From positions 19,473-83,472 of the forward strand of contig PWMU01000037.1 of the NCBI GenBank assembly GCA_003558065.1: a stretch of DNA of 64,000 bases, read 5' to 3'. Shown here piece after piece: positions 32,772-42,583 of this stretch (positions are counted from its first letter, which is position 1; every line of letters starts with the position of its first letter). The DNA comes from Opitutia bacterium (GTDB taxonomy: Bacteria > Verrucomicrobiota > Verrucomicrobiia > Opitutales > T3Sed10-336). Both the position numbers and the translations under genes were made by a program. The notes under the pieces were generated by a model. It did not search any database. It was given only the letters and a program-made list of their open reading frames with translations, and was not told where the DNA came from.

Positions 32772-33606
32772 GGGAGAAGAGGGTCAGCGCGAAGGCGAGG
32801 CCGGGGACGATCAGGAGCCAGGGGGCGCCTTCCATGGAGGTCGCGCCGTCGTTGATGAGGAGTCCCAGGGAACTCATCGGGGGTTGGACGCCGAGGCCCA
32901 GGAAACTGACGAACGCTTCGAGCAGCATGACGTTGGGAATGGTGAGGGTGGTGTAGACAATAATCGGGCCGGCGGCGTTGGGGAGGATGTGGCCCGAGAG
33001 GAGTTTTCCGGGACGCTGGCCGAGGATGCGCGCCGCTTCAACAAAGGCCCGCTGTCTGAGGGAGAGCACCTGCCCGCGCACAATCCGCGCCATGGTCAGC
33101 CATTCCACCGCTCCGATTGCCAGGAAGAGGAGGACAAGGCTGCGTCCGAAGAAAACCATCAGGAGTATCACGAAAACCGTGAAAGGGAGCGCATAGAGAA
33201 TGTCGACGAACCGCATCATGGCGGAGTCGGTCTTGCCGCCCAGAAATCCGGAGAGGGCTCCGTAAGCGACGCCGATGGTGAGCGAGACGGCCGTGGCGAG
33301 GAGCCCGACCAGCAGCGAGATCCGTCCGCCGTGGAAAAGCCGGGTGGCGAGGTCGCGTCCCCGGTGGTCGGTGCCGAGCCAGTGCTGCGCGCCTGGCGGC
33401 GTCGCTCCCTCGGCAATCAGAGGTTGTTCCTGGAAGCCGTACGGAGAAAACCAGGGGCCGGTGAGGCAGAGGCCGGAAAAGAAAACCAGGAATGCCAGCC
33501 CGGCCATCGCCATGCGATTCGACCGCAGCCGTTGCCAGGCGAGGCGCCCCGGAGACAGGTGTTCGGCGCTGGACGGGAGGGCGGTTGCGGGGACGGTGAC
33601 GCTCAT
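32716..33606 (-). CDS. Peptide ABC transporter permease (DppC/OppC type)
   Basis: ATG 33606 overlaps the stop of the upstream permease (ATGA). Contains GTDHRGRDLATRL, the EAA-like region VEAARILGQRPGKLLSGHILPN and the C-terminal NFLGDGLRDAFDPR. Confidence 0.9.
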   Translation of the reverse strand: MSVTVPATALPSSAEHLSPGRLAWQRLRSNRMAMAGLAFLVFFSGLCLTGPWFSPYGFQEQPLIAEGATPPGAQHWLGTDHRGRDLATRLFHGGRISLLVGLLATAVSLTIGVAYGALSGFLGGKTDSAMMRFVDILYALPFTVFVILLMVFFGRSLVLLFLAIGAVEWLTMARIVRGQVLSLRQRAFVEAARILGQRPGKLLSGHILPNAAGPIIVYTTLTIPNVMLLEAFVSFLGLGVQPPMSSLGLLINDGATSMEGAPWLLIVPGLAFALTLFSLNFLGDGLRDAFDPRTGK

Positions 33607-34520
33607 TCGAAACGTTGTCGCGGGTTGAGCAGGACCTGGCCGATGTCCACCAGGAGGTTGAAGAGGAGGATCATGGCCGCGAACAGCACCACGACCCCGA
33701 GGACGAGGGTGTAGTCGCGGTTGAAGGCGGCGTTGACGAATTCGCGTCCCAGCCCGGGGATGTGGAAAACGGTTTCCACAACGAAGGAGCCGCTGAGCAG
33801 ACCGGCGGCTGCGGGACCGAGAAATGCGAGGGCGGGGAGGATGCCGGGCCGGAGGGCGTGCTTGGCGAGGACTTTGCCCCGCGGCAATCCCTTGGCAAGC
33901 GCGGTGCGGATGAAATCCTGCCCGATCACTTCCCGCATGCCCCCGCGGGTCAGGCGGGCGATGTAGGCGGCGTAGAAGAGCCCGAGTGTCAGTGCCGGGA
34001 GGACGCGGTCGCCGGCGGTGTTCCAGCCGGTGGCATTGAACCAGCCGAGCCAGAGCGAAAAAACAAGCACCAGGAGCGGCCCCAGCACGAAGGTGGGCAG
34101 GCAGATGCCGATCATGGCTCCGCCCATCGGCAGCGAATCCAGCCAGGAATCGGGACGGACCATGGAAACGACCCCGGCGCCGATTCCGACCAGCAGCGCC
34201 ACCAGCAAGCCCCACAGGCCGAGTTCGAGCGAGATCGGCAGGTGGTCGCGAATGATCTCATTCACGGTGCGGGTCGGGTAGTGGTACGAAGGGCCGAGGT
34301 CCCCCTGTACGAGATTCCCGAGATAGCTCGTGTACTGTAGGAACAGGGGCCGGTCGAGGCCGTAGTGGGCTTCCATTCGCGCGAGGGTGGCGGCCGGGAT
34401 GTCGACCTCGGCGCTGAAGGGGCCGCCCGGGGCGAGGCGCAGCAGGAAGAAGCAGGCTGTAACGACGAGAAAGAGGACCGGAAGCGCCTCCAGGAAGCGA
34501 CGTGCGATGTAAATCAGCAT
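33603..34520 (-). CDS. Peptide ABC transporter permease (DppB/OppB type)
   Basis: Contains MLIYIARRFLEALPVLFLVVTACFFLLRLAPGGP...YGLDRPLFLQY...FIRTALAKGLPRGKVLAKHALR. Confidence 0.9.
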   Translation of the reverse strand: MLIYIARRFLEALPVLFLVVTACFFLLRLAPGGPFSAEVDIPAATLARMEAHYGLDRPLFLQYTSYLGNLVQGDLGPSYHYPTRTVNEIIRDHLPISLELGLWGLLVALLVGIGAGVVSMVRPDSWLDSLPMGGAMIGICLPTFVLGPLLVLVFSLWLGWFNATGWNTAGDRVLPALTLGLFYAAYIARLTRGGMREVIGQDFIRTALAKGLPRGKVLAKHALRPGILPALAFLGPAAAGLLSGSFVVETVFHIPGLGREFVNAAFNRDYTLVLGVVVLFAAMILLFNLLVDIGQVLLNPRQRFE

Positions 34521-34524
34521 GGGA

Positions 34525-36177
34525 TCACTCTTCGGCGGCCAACCTCACGTCCTTGTACGTGCGGTAGCCGATCGGGGTCGGCCGCCAGTTTTGAACGGCG
34601 GGATGCTTGAGGTACATGCGGTTGTAAAAGAACAGGGGAATGACCGGGGCCTCATTGACAAGGAGGGTTTCGGCTTCCCGTATCCGTTGCCGGCGCGCCC
34701 CGGTGTCGCGGGTGCCGACGATTTCATTGAGCAGCGCGTCGTAGTCGTCGTTTGCCCAGCCGGTCCGGTTGTTTCCGCCGCCGCCGGCCATTGTGTTGAG
34801 AAAGTTGTACGGATCGAGGTAGTCGCCGATCCATCCGGAACGCGCGATGTGGTACTCAAGCCGGTTGGTGCGGTCGAGGTAGACCTGCCACTCGGCATTC
34901 TCGAGAGAAAGGTTCAGCCCGAGATCGCGCCGCCACATTTCCTGGGCAAGCTGCGCGATCGCGCTGTGTTCGTCGGAGGTATTGTAGAGGATCCGCATCG
35001 AGGGAAAGCCTTCGCCCGAGGGGTACCCGGCTTCGCTCAACAGTTCGCGGGCGCGGTCGAGGTCCGGTTCGATCACCGGTTCCGGTTCGTAATCCGGAAC
35101 CCCCGGCGGAACGAAGGAATACGCGGCCGGCCGCTCGCCGCCGTAGATGTTGTCGACGATCATTTCACGATCGAGCGCGAGCGAGAGGGCGAGCCGGACC
35201 CGGGGATCGTCGAGGGGCGGGACGGTGACGTTGAGCCGGAAGTAATAGGTGCCGAAAAAGTCGTCGGTCATGAAAACCTCCGGAAGTTGGTCGCGGTAAT
35301 AGGGTATGCGTTCCGGCGGGACGGGATCCGTGATATGGAGTTGGCCCGAGCGGAAAGCCCGCTCGCCGACCGGGGGGTCCAGCGGGTAGAAGTGGGTGCC
35401 GTTAAGGTGGATCCGGCCGGCGTCCCAGTAATCGGGATTCCGCTTAACCTCGATCCTGCGTCCGGTCGCCCAGCGTTCCAGGGTGAACGGGCCGTTGCCG
35501 ACGAAGTTCTCCGGCCGGATCCAGCGGGTGTGGGGGTCGTCGATAGCACCGTGCGCGAGAATGGTGTCCGGGTGAACCGGATACCAGGTGTTGTGACTGA
35601 GGAGGCTGAGGAAGGTGGGCACCGGCTGATGGAGGGTGATCTCGAGAGTGTGGTCGTCAATGGCGCGCGCGCCGACCTCGCCGAAATCCTCGATTTCGCC
35701 TTCGTTGAAAGCGCGGGCTCCCTTCATCGGGAAGAGCATGTAGGCGTACTGGGAGGCGAGGTTGGGCGAGAGGATGCGTTCGAAGCCGAACAGAAAATCG
35801 CGGGCCGTGACCGGATCGCCGTTCGACCAGGTCGCGTCCTCGCGCAGGTAAAACGTGTACACGGTTCCGTCGCCGGACACCTCCCATTCGCGCGCGGCCG
35901 CCGGCGCGGGGCTCATGTCCTCGGGATCGACCGCGGTCAGTCCTTCGAGAAGCGCGGCGACGACGTGAAACTCGGGGAGGCCGGTGACGGTGTGCGGATC
36001 GAGACTCCGGATGTCGGTTGCGTTGTTGATGTGCAGGACCTGCTCGCGGATGCCGGATTCCACGCGGTTTTCGGAGGGACCGCATCCGGCGGCGAGTCCG
36101 ATCAGGCAAAGGGAAAGCACCGAACCCGTCGGGGAGGCAAAGGCGGAACGCAGGGAGTGGTTCGTCATGGCACCCAT
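34525..36177 (-). CDS. Peptide ABC transporter substrate-binding lipoprotein (family 5)
   Basis: Lipobox LIGLAAGC. Contains LLEGLTAVDPED...YTFYLREDATWSNGDPVTARDF...KRNPDYWD. Confidence 0.9.
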   Translation of the reverse strand: MGAMTNHSLRSAFASPTGSVLSLCLIGLAAGCGPSENRVESGIREQVLHINNATDIRSLDPHTVTGLPEFHVVAALLEGLTAVDPEDMSPAPAAAREWEVSGDGTVYTFYLREDATWSNGDPVTARDFLFGFERILSPNLASQYAYMLFPMKGARAFNEGEIEDFGEVGARAIDDHTLEITLHQPVPTFLSLLSHNTWYPVHPDTILAHGAIDDPHTRWIRPENFVGNGPFTLERWATGRRIEVKRNPDYWDAGRIHLNGTHFYPLDPPVGERAFRSGQLHITDPVPPERIPYYRDQLPEVFMTDDFFGTYYFRLNVTVPPLDDPRVRLALSLALDREMIVDNIYGGERPAAYSFVPPGVPDYEPEPVIEPDLDRARELLSEAGYPSGEGFPSMRILYNTSDEHSAIAQLAQEMWRRDLGLNLSLENAEWQVYLDRTNRLEYHIARSGWIGDYLDPYNFLNTMAGGGGNNRTGWANDDYDALLNEIVGTRDTGARRQRIREAETLLVNEAPVIPLFFYNRMYLKHPAVQNWRPTPIGYRTYKDVRLAAEE

Positions 36178-36210
36178 TTTTTGGAGAAACCGGGGCCGAA
36201 GGCAAAACCT

Positions 36211-37749
36211 TCAATAAAAAAGATTGCGGTCGAGGTTGCGGTACTGGATCGCTTCGAGCAGGTGAGGCGCCCGAATGGCATCCGAGTCCGCCAGGTCGGC
36301 GATGGTGCGGGCGACCTTGCGGACCCGGTCGTAGGCGCGCGCCGAAAGCGACAGCTCCTCCATCGCCCGCTGGAGGAGGTTGCCGAGGGCGTCGTCGAGC
36401 GCGCAGAACTGTCGCAACTGGCTGTGGGTCATGCGTGCGTTGGCGGGCGTGGAGGACTCGGGCAGGCGTTGTTGCTGGCGCTCGCGTGCGCGCCCGATGC
36501 GTTCGCGCATGGTGATGGAATTCTCACCTTCCTTTTCCGTTCGCAGCTCCTCGATCGACAGCGCGGGCGCTTCCACGTGCAGGTCGATCCGGTCGAGAAG
36601 CGGACCGCTGATCCGGGATCGATAGCGCTGAATCTGGGTGGCGCCGCAACGGCATTCGTGTTTGGCATCGCCCAGATACCCGCAGGGGCAGGGGTTCATG
36701 GCCGCCACCAGCATGAACTGGCAGGGAAACGTCACCTTCCCCGCGCTGCGGGAGATGGTGACGCTGCCCTCCTCCAGGGGTTGCCGGAGCACTTCGAGGG
36801 CGGAGCGTTTGAACTCGGGCAGCTCGTCCAGGAAGAGAACCCCCTGGTGGGCGAGCGAGATTTCGCCCGGGCCGGGAATGCTGCCGCCGCCCAGGAGGCC
36901 GACGTCGCTGATCGTGTGATGAGGCGCCCGGTGGGGGCGCTCCATGAACCCGAGTTCGCCGGACAGGGTGCGGCCGGCCGCCGACTGAATGCGGAGAATC
37001 TCCAGAAACTCGTCAAGGTTGGGCTCGGGCATGATGGTGGGAATGCGCTGGGCGATCATCGACTTTCCCGATCCCGGAGGGCCGATCATCAGGATATTAT
37101 GCAATCCGGCCACCGCGATCTCCACGGCGCGGCGCACCGTTTGCTGGCCCTTGATTTCGGAAAAGTCGGCCTTACCCGCCGGCTGGGCAGGGGCCGCGTC
37201 GAAAAACGCGTCCTGCCTGAATGGTTCGATTCGAATCTCTCCCGTGAGAAAACGGTGGGCGGCGTCGAGCGATTCCACCGGGATCACCTCGATTTCCTCG
37301 ACTAGCGCCGCCTCCCTGGCCGAGAGCGTCGGCAGCAGCACGCCGCGTTTGCCGGTTTCCTTCGCCAGCAGCGCCATCGCGAGGGCGCCCTTCACCGGCC
37401 GGGTTTCGCCCGAGAGTCCCAGTTCGCCGGCGATCAGGTAGTTCTTCGCCACCCCGGCCTCCATCTGGCCCGTGGCGTCCAGGATGCCCAGGGCGATCGG
37501 GAGGTCGTAGAAAGGTCCCTCCTTCTTCAGGTCCCCCGGGGCCAGGTTGATGGTGGTTCGGGTTCGGGGCATTTTGAAACCACTGTTGCTGAGGGCCGAA
37601 AAAACCCGATCGTCCGATTCTTTGACGGCGGCATCGGGCAGCCCAACCATAATCAGTTTCGGTTCTCCGGATTCGCCGGAGTTGACCTCGACCTGAACGG
37701 GTGCTGCGTCGATCCCCTGGAGCGCGGCGGATGAGACGTTTGCGAGCAT
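36211..37749 (-). CDS. comM: YifB/ComM family Mg-chelatase-like AAA+ ATPase
   Basis: Contains [26 protein letters not shown]...[23 protein letters not shown], the Walker [23 protein letters not shown] and a C-terminal ChlI-like region. Confidence 0.9.
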   Translation of the reverse strand: MLANVSSAALQGIDAAPVQVEVNSGESGEPKLIMVGLPDAAVKESDDRVFSALSNSGFKMPRTRTTINLAPGDLKKEGPFYDLPIALGILDATGQMEAGVAKNYLIAGELGLSGETRPVKGALAMALLAKETGKRGVLLPTLSAREAALVEEIEVIPVESLDAAHRFLTGEIRIEPFRQDAFFDAAPAQPAGKADFSEIKGQQTVRRAVEIAVAGLHNILMIGPPGSGKSMIAQRIPTIMPEPNLDEFLEILRIQSAAGRTLSGELGFMERPHRAPHHTISDVGLLGGGSIPGPGEISLAHQGVLFLDELPEFKRSALEVLRQPLEEGSVTISRSAGKVTFPCQFMLVAAMNPCPCGYLGDAKHECRCGATQIQRYRSRISGPLLDRIDLHVEAPALSIEELRTEKEGENSITMRERIGRARERQQQRLPESSTPANARMTHSQLRQFCALDDALGNLLQRAMEELSLSARAYDRVRKVARTIADLADSDAIRAPHLLEAIQYRNLDRNLFY

Positions 37750-37913
37750 GCTGGGGCTTCAGGAAAGCGATCTTTATCCAAAGGGCAATAATGGATTTCC
37801 CTATTCGAAGGCCTGGGGTGCGGGAGGGGTGTCAGTCTTGTCTGAAACCCGAAACCCTCTTCGAGTCTCTGAGATGTTTGACTTGCCGACGGCACGCGCA
37901 AGAATGCCGGGCT

Positions 37914-38327
37914 ATGGTTAACATTTCGATCGATTACCAGGGTGAGCTTCGTTGCGAGGCCTGGCACGGGCCGTCGGGACGCAGGCTGGAGACGGACGCG
38001 CCGGTCGACAATCACGGGAAGGGCGAGTCGTTTTCGCCGACCGATCTCGCCGCGACCGCGCTCGGTTCGTGCATGGCGACGATTATGGGGATTGCCGCCG
38101 GCCAGCGCGGTCTCGATCTCTCGGGCATGCGAATGGAGGTCACCAAGGAGATGTCGGCCGACTCGCCCCGGCGTATTACCCGGATCACGACCTCCTTTCA
38201 GATTCCAGGAGAGTTTTCCGAGGACGACCGGAAAATGCTGGAGCGGGCGGCCCTGGAGTGCCCGGTGCACCAAAGCCTTCACCCCGGCATCGAACGGCCG
38301 GTCACCTTCAACTGGAACGCCTCATGA
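37914..38327 (+). CDS. OsmC/Ohr family peroxiredoxin-like protein
   Basis: Internal ATG 37914 gives MVNISIDYQGELRCEAWH...SFSPTDLAATALGSCMATIM...ALECPVHQSL (two conserved Cys). Confidence 0.8.
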   Translation: MVNISIDYQGELRCEAWHGPSGRRLETDAPVDNHGKGESFSPTDLAATALGSCMATIMGIAAGQRGLDLSGMRMEVTKEMSADSPRRITRITTSFQIPGEFSEDDRKMLERAALECPVHQSLHPGIERPVTFNWNAS

Positions 38328-39904
38328 TCCGAACCTCCGATTTCCGGCGCGCGCTGGCGGCCTGGGGACTCCTGGTCGCTTTCGCCGGCTGTGCGCCCGA
38401 GGAAAGCGAGCCGGAGGCGTTTGTTTTCGCCCGAGGCAGCGACGCCCAGCGGCTGGATCCCGCGGACGTCGACGACGGGGAATCGGTCAACACGCTGACC
38501 CAGATCTGCGAGGGGCTGGTGCGTTTCAAGAGCGGGACCCTGGAGATCGAGCCGGCCCTGGCGGAGGAGTATTCGATTTCAGAGGACGGGCTGACCTACA
38601 CCTTTCGCCTTCGCGAGGGCGTGACCTTTCACGACGGGACGCCCCTCGACGCGGAAACGGCCCTGTTTTCGTTCCGGCGTCAGATGGATCCGGATCATCC
38701 GGGACATTTGCCCGGTGCGAATTTCCAGTACTGGAACTACCTGTACCAGGAAATCGAGGATGTGAAGGCCACCGGCCCCATGACCCTCGAGTTCACCCTG
38801 AGCGAACCCAACGCTTCGCTCCTTCATTCGCTGGCCATCTTTCCCGCTTCGCTGGTGAGCCCTCAGGCCCTTGAGGATCACGGAACCGGCATGCGGCATC
38901 ACCCGGTGGGCACGGGGCCCTACCGGTTCGTGCGCTGGTCGCGCAACGAGTCGATCGTTTTGGAACGCAATCCGGACTACTGGGACGGTCCGCCGGAGTT
39001 CGAACGGTTGATATTTCGGGTCGTTCCGGAGAACACGACCCGCCTGATGGAACTGCAGGCGGGGCAGGTGCACGGGCTGGACGGGTTGCAGCCGGCTGAG
39101 GTGGAGGCTCTCGCAGGCGATGACCGGTTCGCCGTTTACCGGGGTCCCGGGCTCAATGTGGGGTACCTGACATTCAGCGGCTTTTCCGAGCGGTTGGAGG
39201 AACCCGAGATCCGCGAGGCCATCCACCTGGCTATCGACCGCGAGCGCTTGGTGGAAGTGGCACTCGACGGGGCGGGGACCGTGGCCGACATCCCGCTTCC
39301 GCCCGGCTTCCTCGGGTACCCGGACGATCCCGGGCGCGTTCCCCACGACCCCGAGCGGGCGAAGGAGATTCTCTCGCGCTACGCGGATCGCTGGGAGCGT
39401 CCGGTCGAATTGAGCGTGATGAATGCTCCGCGCCAGTATTTTCCCGATTCGGAGCGAGCCGCTTCTTTGATCCGCAGTGATTTGCGCCAAGCCGGCATCG
39501 AGGTCGAGGTCAGGGTTCGGGATTTCGGCAGTCACCTCGACCGGTTGCGTCACGGGGACTACGAGATGGCGCTGATCGGGTGGATCGGGGACAACGGCGA
39601 CACCGACAATTTCCTGTCGGTGTTTTTCGGGAGCTGGGCCGCGGAGGTGGGCTCGGCGAGCAATTTTTCCTTTTATAAAGACGAGGAAATGGACGGTCTG
39701 CTTCTCCAGGGCCGGCGGGAGACCGATCCCGGCCGCCGGCACGAAATCTACGGGCGGGCGTTGGAGCTTTGGCGCCGCGATTTGCCGATTCTGCCTCTGG
39801 TCCACGGCGATAATATCATCGTTCTGCGCTCGGAAGTGTCCGGCTTCGAACTGCAGAAATCCGCGGATCTCCGTTTCGGGCGGATCAGCTGGGGATCGGA
39901 ATGA
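38324..39904 (+). CDS. ABC transporter substrate-binding lipoprotein (family 5)
   Basis: ATG 38324 overlaps the osmC stop (ATGA). Lipobox LVAFAGC. Contains ICEGLVRFKSGTLEIEPALAE...YTFRLREGVTFHDGTPLDAE...ERNPDYWDG. Confidence 0.85.
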   Translation: MIRTSDFRRALAAWGLLVAFAGCAPEESEPEAFVFARGSDAQRLDPADVDDGESVNTLTQICEGLVRFKSGTLEIEPALAEEYSISEDGLTYTFRLREGVTFHDGTPLDAETALFSFRRQMDPDHPGHLPGANFQYWNYLYQEIEDVKATGPMTLEFTLSEPNASLLHSLAIFPASLVSPQALEDHGTGMRHHPVGTGPYRFVRWSRNESIVLERNPDYWDGPPEFERLIFRVVPENTTRLMELQAGQVHGLDGLQPAEVEALAGDDRFAVYRGPGLNVGYLTFSGFSERLEEPEIREAIHLAIDRERLVEVALDGAGTVADIPLPPGFLGYPDDPGRVPHDPERAKEILSRYADRWERPVELSVMNAPRQYFPDSERAASLIRSDLRQAGIEVEVRVRDFGSHLDRLRHGDYEMALIGWIGDNGDTDNFLSVFFGSWAAEVGSASNFSFYKDEEMDGLLLQGRRETDPGRRHEIYGRALELWRRDLPILPLVHGDNIIVLRSEVSGFELQKSADLRFGRISWGSE

Positions 39905-39969
39905 CCCGGAAAGAAAGGGAATTTCTGAAATCGCTGGAATTTTCCTGAGAGTTTGCCCATGGTGGAGGC

Positions 39970-40146
39970 ATGCGTGGTTGGAAATTTTTTCTCGCTCTCC
40001 TGGTATTCGCCGCTTCCGTGGTTGCTATGACCGGTTGCGCCACGACGGAACGGGACGGCGTTATCATCGAACAGCGGCGCTGGTGGCACATATTCAGCGA
40101 GACGGAGCCGTCCCAGGAGACGGATGAAGAGACGTATCCCTCGTGA
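39970..40146 (+). CDS. Small putative lipoprotein (58 aa)
   Basis: Below the ORF-track size cut-off. My translation is MRGWKFFLALLVFAASVVAMTGCATTERDGVIIEQRRWWHIFSETEPSQETDEETYPS, a signal peptide plus AMTGC lipobox. Confidence 0.45.
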   Translation: MRGWKFFLALLVFAASVVAMTGCATTERDGVIIEQRRWWHIFSETEPSQETDEETYPS

Positions 40147-40313
40147 TTCTCCTGCGTTGGGGGGCGGCTCGACCCCCGGGCCCCGTCCCTGCTGTTCCCC
40201 GCTCGACCCCCAATCCTCGATCACCCCACCGGAGGGCCGGTGTGAAGAAAGAATCGCCCGCTTTCGGGGGAATCGGATTGCATCATGAAATTTTTTAAGG
40301 AGCATGGGGAGCT

Positions 40314-42536
40314 ATGAAAACCGAAATCTCCTCTTTCTGTACCGAGTTTAGCGAGGTATTAACCCCATTCAACCAGACCCTCCAGAGCACCCTTGATGAC
40401 ATTCGAGGCAAGCCTGAAAGCCAGGCGCTGAAACATCCCCTTTCCGGCCTCGCCGACGTCCATCACCGGATGAAAGCGCTGGTCGATAAAGTGGAGCAGC
40501 AGCAGGCCTACGTGATCATTTTCGGCCCCCTGAAAAGCGGGAAGTCCACCCTCATGAACGCCATCAGTTCCGCCTATGTGAGCGAGGTGACCTCGCTTCC
40601 CGCATACCCGTGTTTGGTCTACGTGAAGCACAGCGAGGAACGGAAATATCAGTCCACAAGCTACAATGGCAAAAAGGACACAACGACGGACGGCGCCTAT
40701 ATGCAACGCGTGGTGCGCGACGGTCACCAGACTCTGGCCGAACGGATCCGGCAGGTTGAAGAGCAGGGAGAGGCGTTCGATCCGGGGGTGCATTACCCGG
40801 ACGCGATCCGGCGCATCGACGTCGAGGTTCCCGCCAAGAACCTCAAGGATTCGCTGACCGTTCTCGTCGATACGCCCGGGCTCTACAGCAAGATGAAGTT
40901 CGGATATGACCTGATGACCCGGGAATTCAGGAACAGTGCCGCTTGTGCGGTCTTCGTGGTCAAAACGGACAACCTGTTCCTCGAACAGGTCTTCGCCGAG
41001 TTCAACGATCTTCTCGACCTGTTCAGCCGGATTTTCCTGGTCGTCAACATCGACGCGAACAAGCAGGATCTCGGTCCGGACGGCGCCCTGCGCCCCAGCC
41101 TGGAAAGCGAGAACCCCGACCGGATCATCCGCGCTTTCGAATCACTCGCCATGAGCGCACCCCTTCGCCGGGCGGCCGATGAAGGGCGTCTGCGGATTTA
41201 CCCGATTGACCTGCTCAGTTCCGCTTCCTCGTCCCTCCTTGACGGAGAGGTTGCCTATGCGAACCGGCCGGCCGATGACGATGAAGAAGAGCCGGCGGAC
41301 GAAGGCGAATCCGCCGGGGATCTCGATACGCTGGATTCGGAGGAAGGGGCCGGCGCCGCGGCGAAACGGGGGAACGGAAAGCTGGAGGAGCCCTTCTCGG
41401 AGTTCCTGACCGACCTGACGGATTACTTGAACAGCAGCGATTACCTGGTGGAGTTTATGAGCGACAGTCTTCGCCAGGGAGCTACGTTGGCCGAGGATAT
41501 CCAGAGGTTCTGTTCGGAGGATTCGTTGTGGCACTTTTATCAGGAAAAGGTCAATCTGGAGGAGCGGATAAAAAAGGAGAAAGAGCGGCTCGCCGCGGTC
41601 GAGCGACTGAGCGGGCTCGAGTGGGAGATGGCCTTTGAAGATCTTCGCGAGCGCAACCGGAAGGAGGCGGACGCCTTCTCCACCAAAGTCCGGTCGGAAC
41701 TGCAAGGGTCCCTCACCGAGGCGATCGATCAGTGGCACGAAACTGATGAGAGCCTGCAGGACCTTCAGGAAAACCGTTTCAACAGCGTCCTTACCGGTCA
41801 GGGAAACCGGGTTCAGGAGGACGCGTTCGAGCGCATTCGTTCGCTCACGGAAGGCTCGCTCGGCGGAATGCAATTGGGCGCGGAGTCGCTGCGGGCGCTC
41901 GACCGTCTGGAGCTCGCCCTCGAGCCGATCCTCAGAGAAAGCCTGGAATCGGTCCTGGAAGAGGGCAAAAGGCCCTCGTCATGCGCCATTCACATTTCCA
42001 GCGAGAAAATACCGGTCAAGAAGGGATTCTGGGACTGGATCCTGTTCCGCAGCCAGTCGGCTGTGCGCCGCCGGATGTTCGGTCCGACCGAGGAGCCCGA
42101 TCAGCCGATTCCCGAGGGAATCAAGAAAAAGCGCCTGGGCGACACGTCAAGGGAAGCGTTGAACAGTATCCTCGATACTCACCTGCAAAAACTGTTTCCG
42201 GATCTTCCCCGCGAGTACTCGGACCAATTGCTGGCCGAGTACGTGAAGCGGTTCAACGAAAAGGTTCGCGAGGAAGTGGATGCCATTAAGGGAGAACTCA
42301 GCAGCAACCTGCCCGAACTTGAGCAACGCCTGAATGCCAACAAGGAGATCCAGGTGCTCCTGGAGCGATTGAAGGACATTTCGATCGAGGTTCGGGAATC
42401 CATCGATCAACTCAAGGAGCGGCATTCCAATGTGGTCACTTTGCGCGCCAGGGAAGGGGATAACGGGGATTCGGATGCGGCGGCCGATGAGTTAGGCGAA
42501 GAACTCGACGACGAGAATGATAGGCCCGATCAGTAG
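40314..42536 (+). CDS. Bacterial dynamin-like protein (large GTPase) with acidic insert and long coiled-coil stalk
   Basis: G1 is FGPLKSGKSTLMNAI, G3 is LVDTPGLYS and G4 is NKQD. An AAGGAG sits 10 nt upstream of the ATG. There is a D/E-rich insert (PADDDEEEPADEGESAGDLDTLDSEE) and an acidic C-terminus. Confidence 0.8.
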   Translation: MKTEISSFCTEFSEVLTPFNQTLQSTLDDIRGKPESQALKHPLSGLADVHHRMKALVDKVEQQQAYVIIFGPLKSGKSTLMNAISSAYVSEVTSLPAYPCLVYVKHSEERKYQSTSYNGKKDTTTDGAYMQRVVRDGHQTLAERIRQVEEQGEAFDPGVHYPDAIRRIDVEVPAKNLKDSLTVLVDTPGLYSKMKFGYDLMTREFRNSAACAVFVVKTDNLFLEQVFAEFNDLLDLFSRIFLVVNIDANKQDLGPDGALRPSLESENPDRIIRAFESLAMSAPLRRAADEGRLRIYPIDLLSSASSSLLDGEVAYANRPADDDEEEPADEGESAGDLDTLDSEEGAGAAAKRGNGKLEEPFSEFLTDLTDYLNSSDYLVEFMSDSLRQGATLAEDIQRFCSEDSLWHFYQEKVNLEERIKKEKERLAAVERLSGLEWEMAFEDLRERNRKEADAFSTKVRSELQGSLTEAIDQWHETDESLQDLQENRFNSVLTGQGNRVQEDAFERIRSLTEGSLGGMQLGAESLRALDRLELALEPILRESLESVLEEGKRPSSCAIHISSEKIPVKKGFWDWILFRSQSAVRRRMFGPTEEPDQPIPEGIKKKRLGDTSREALNSILDTHLQKLFPDLPREYSDQLLAEYVKRFNEKVREEVDAIKGELSSNLPELEQRLNANKEIQVLLERLKDISIEVRESIDQLKERHSNVVTLRAREGDNGDSDAAADELGEELDDENDRPDQ

Positions 42537-42583
42537 GCGAGTGAAACCGTATTCTTGCCAAGTCGTCCCGTTCCACCCAAGAT

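Noticed and set aside
34519-37305. 928-aa ORF on the + strand
   Set aside because: It is antisense to the SBP and comM genes, which have clear family signatures. Its composition is G/R/V/D/A-rich with no motifs, which is typical of a GC-driven shadow ORF.
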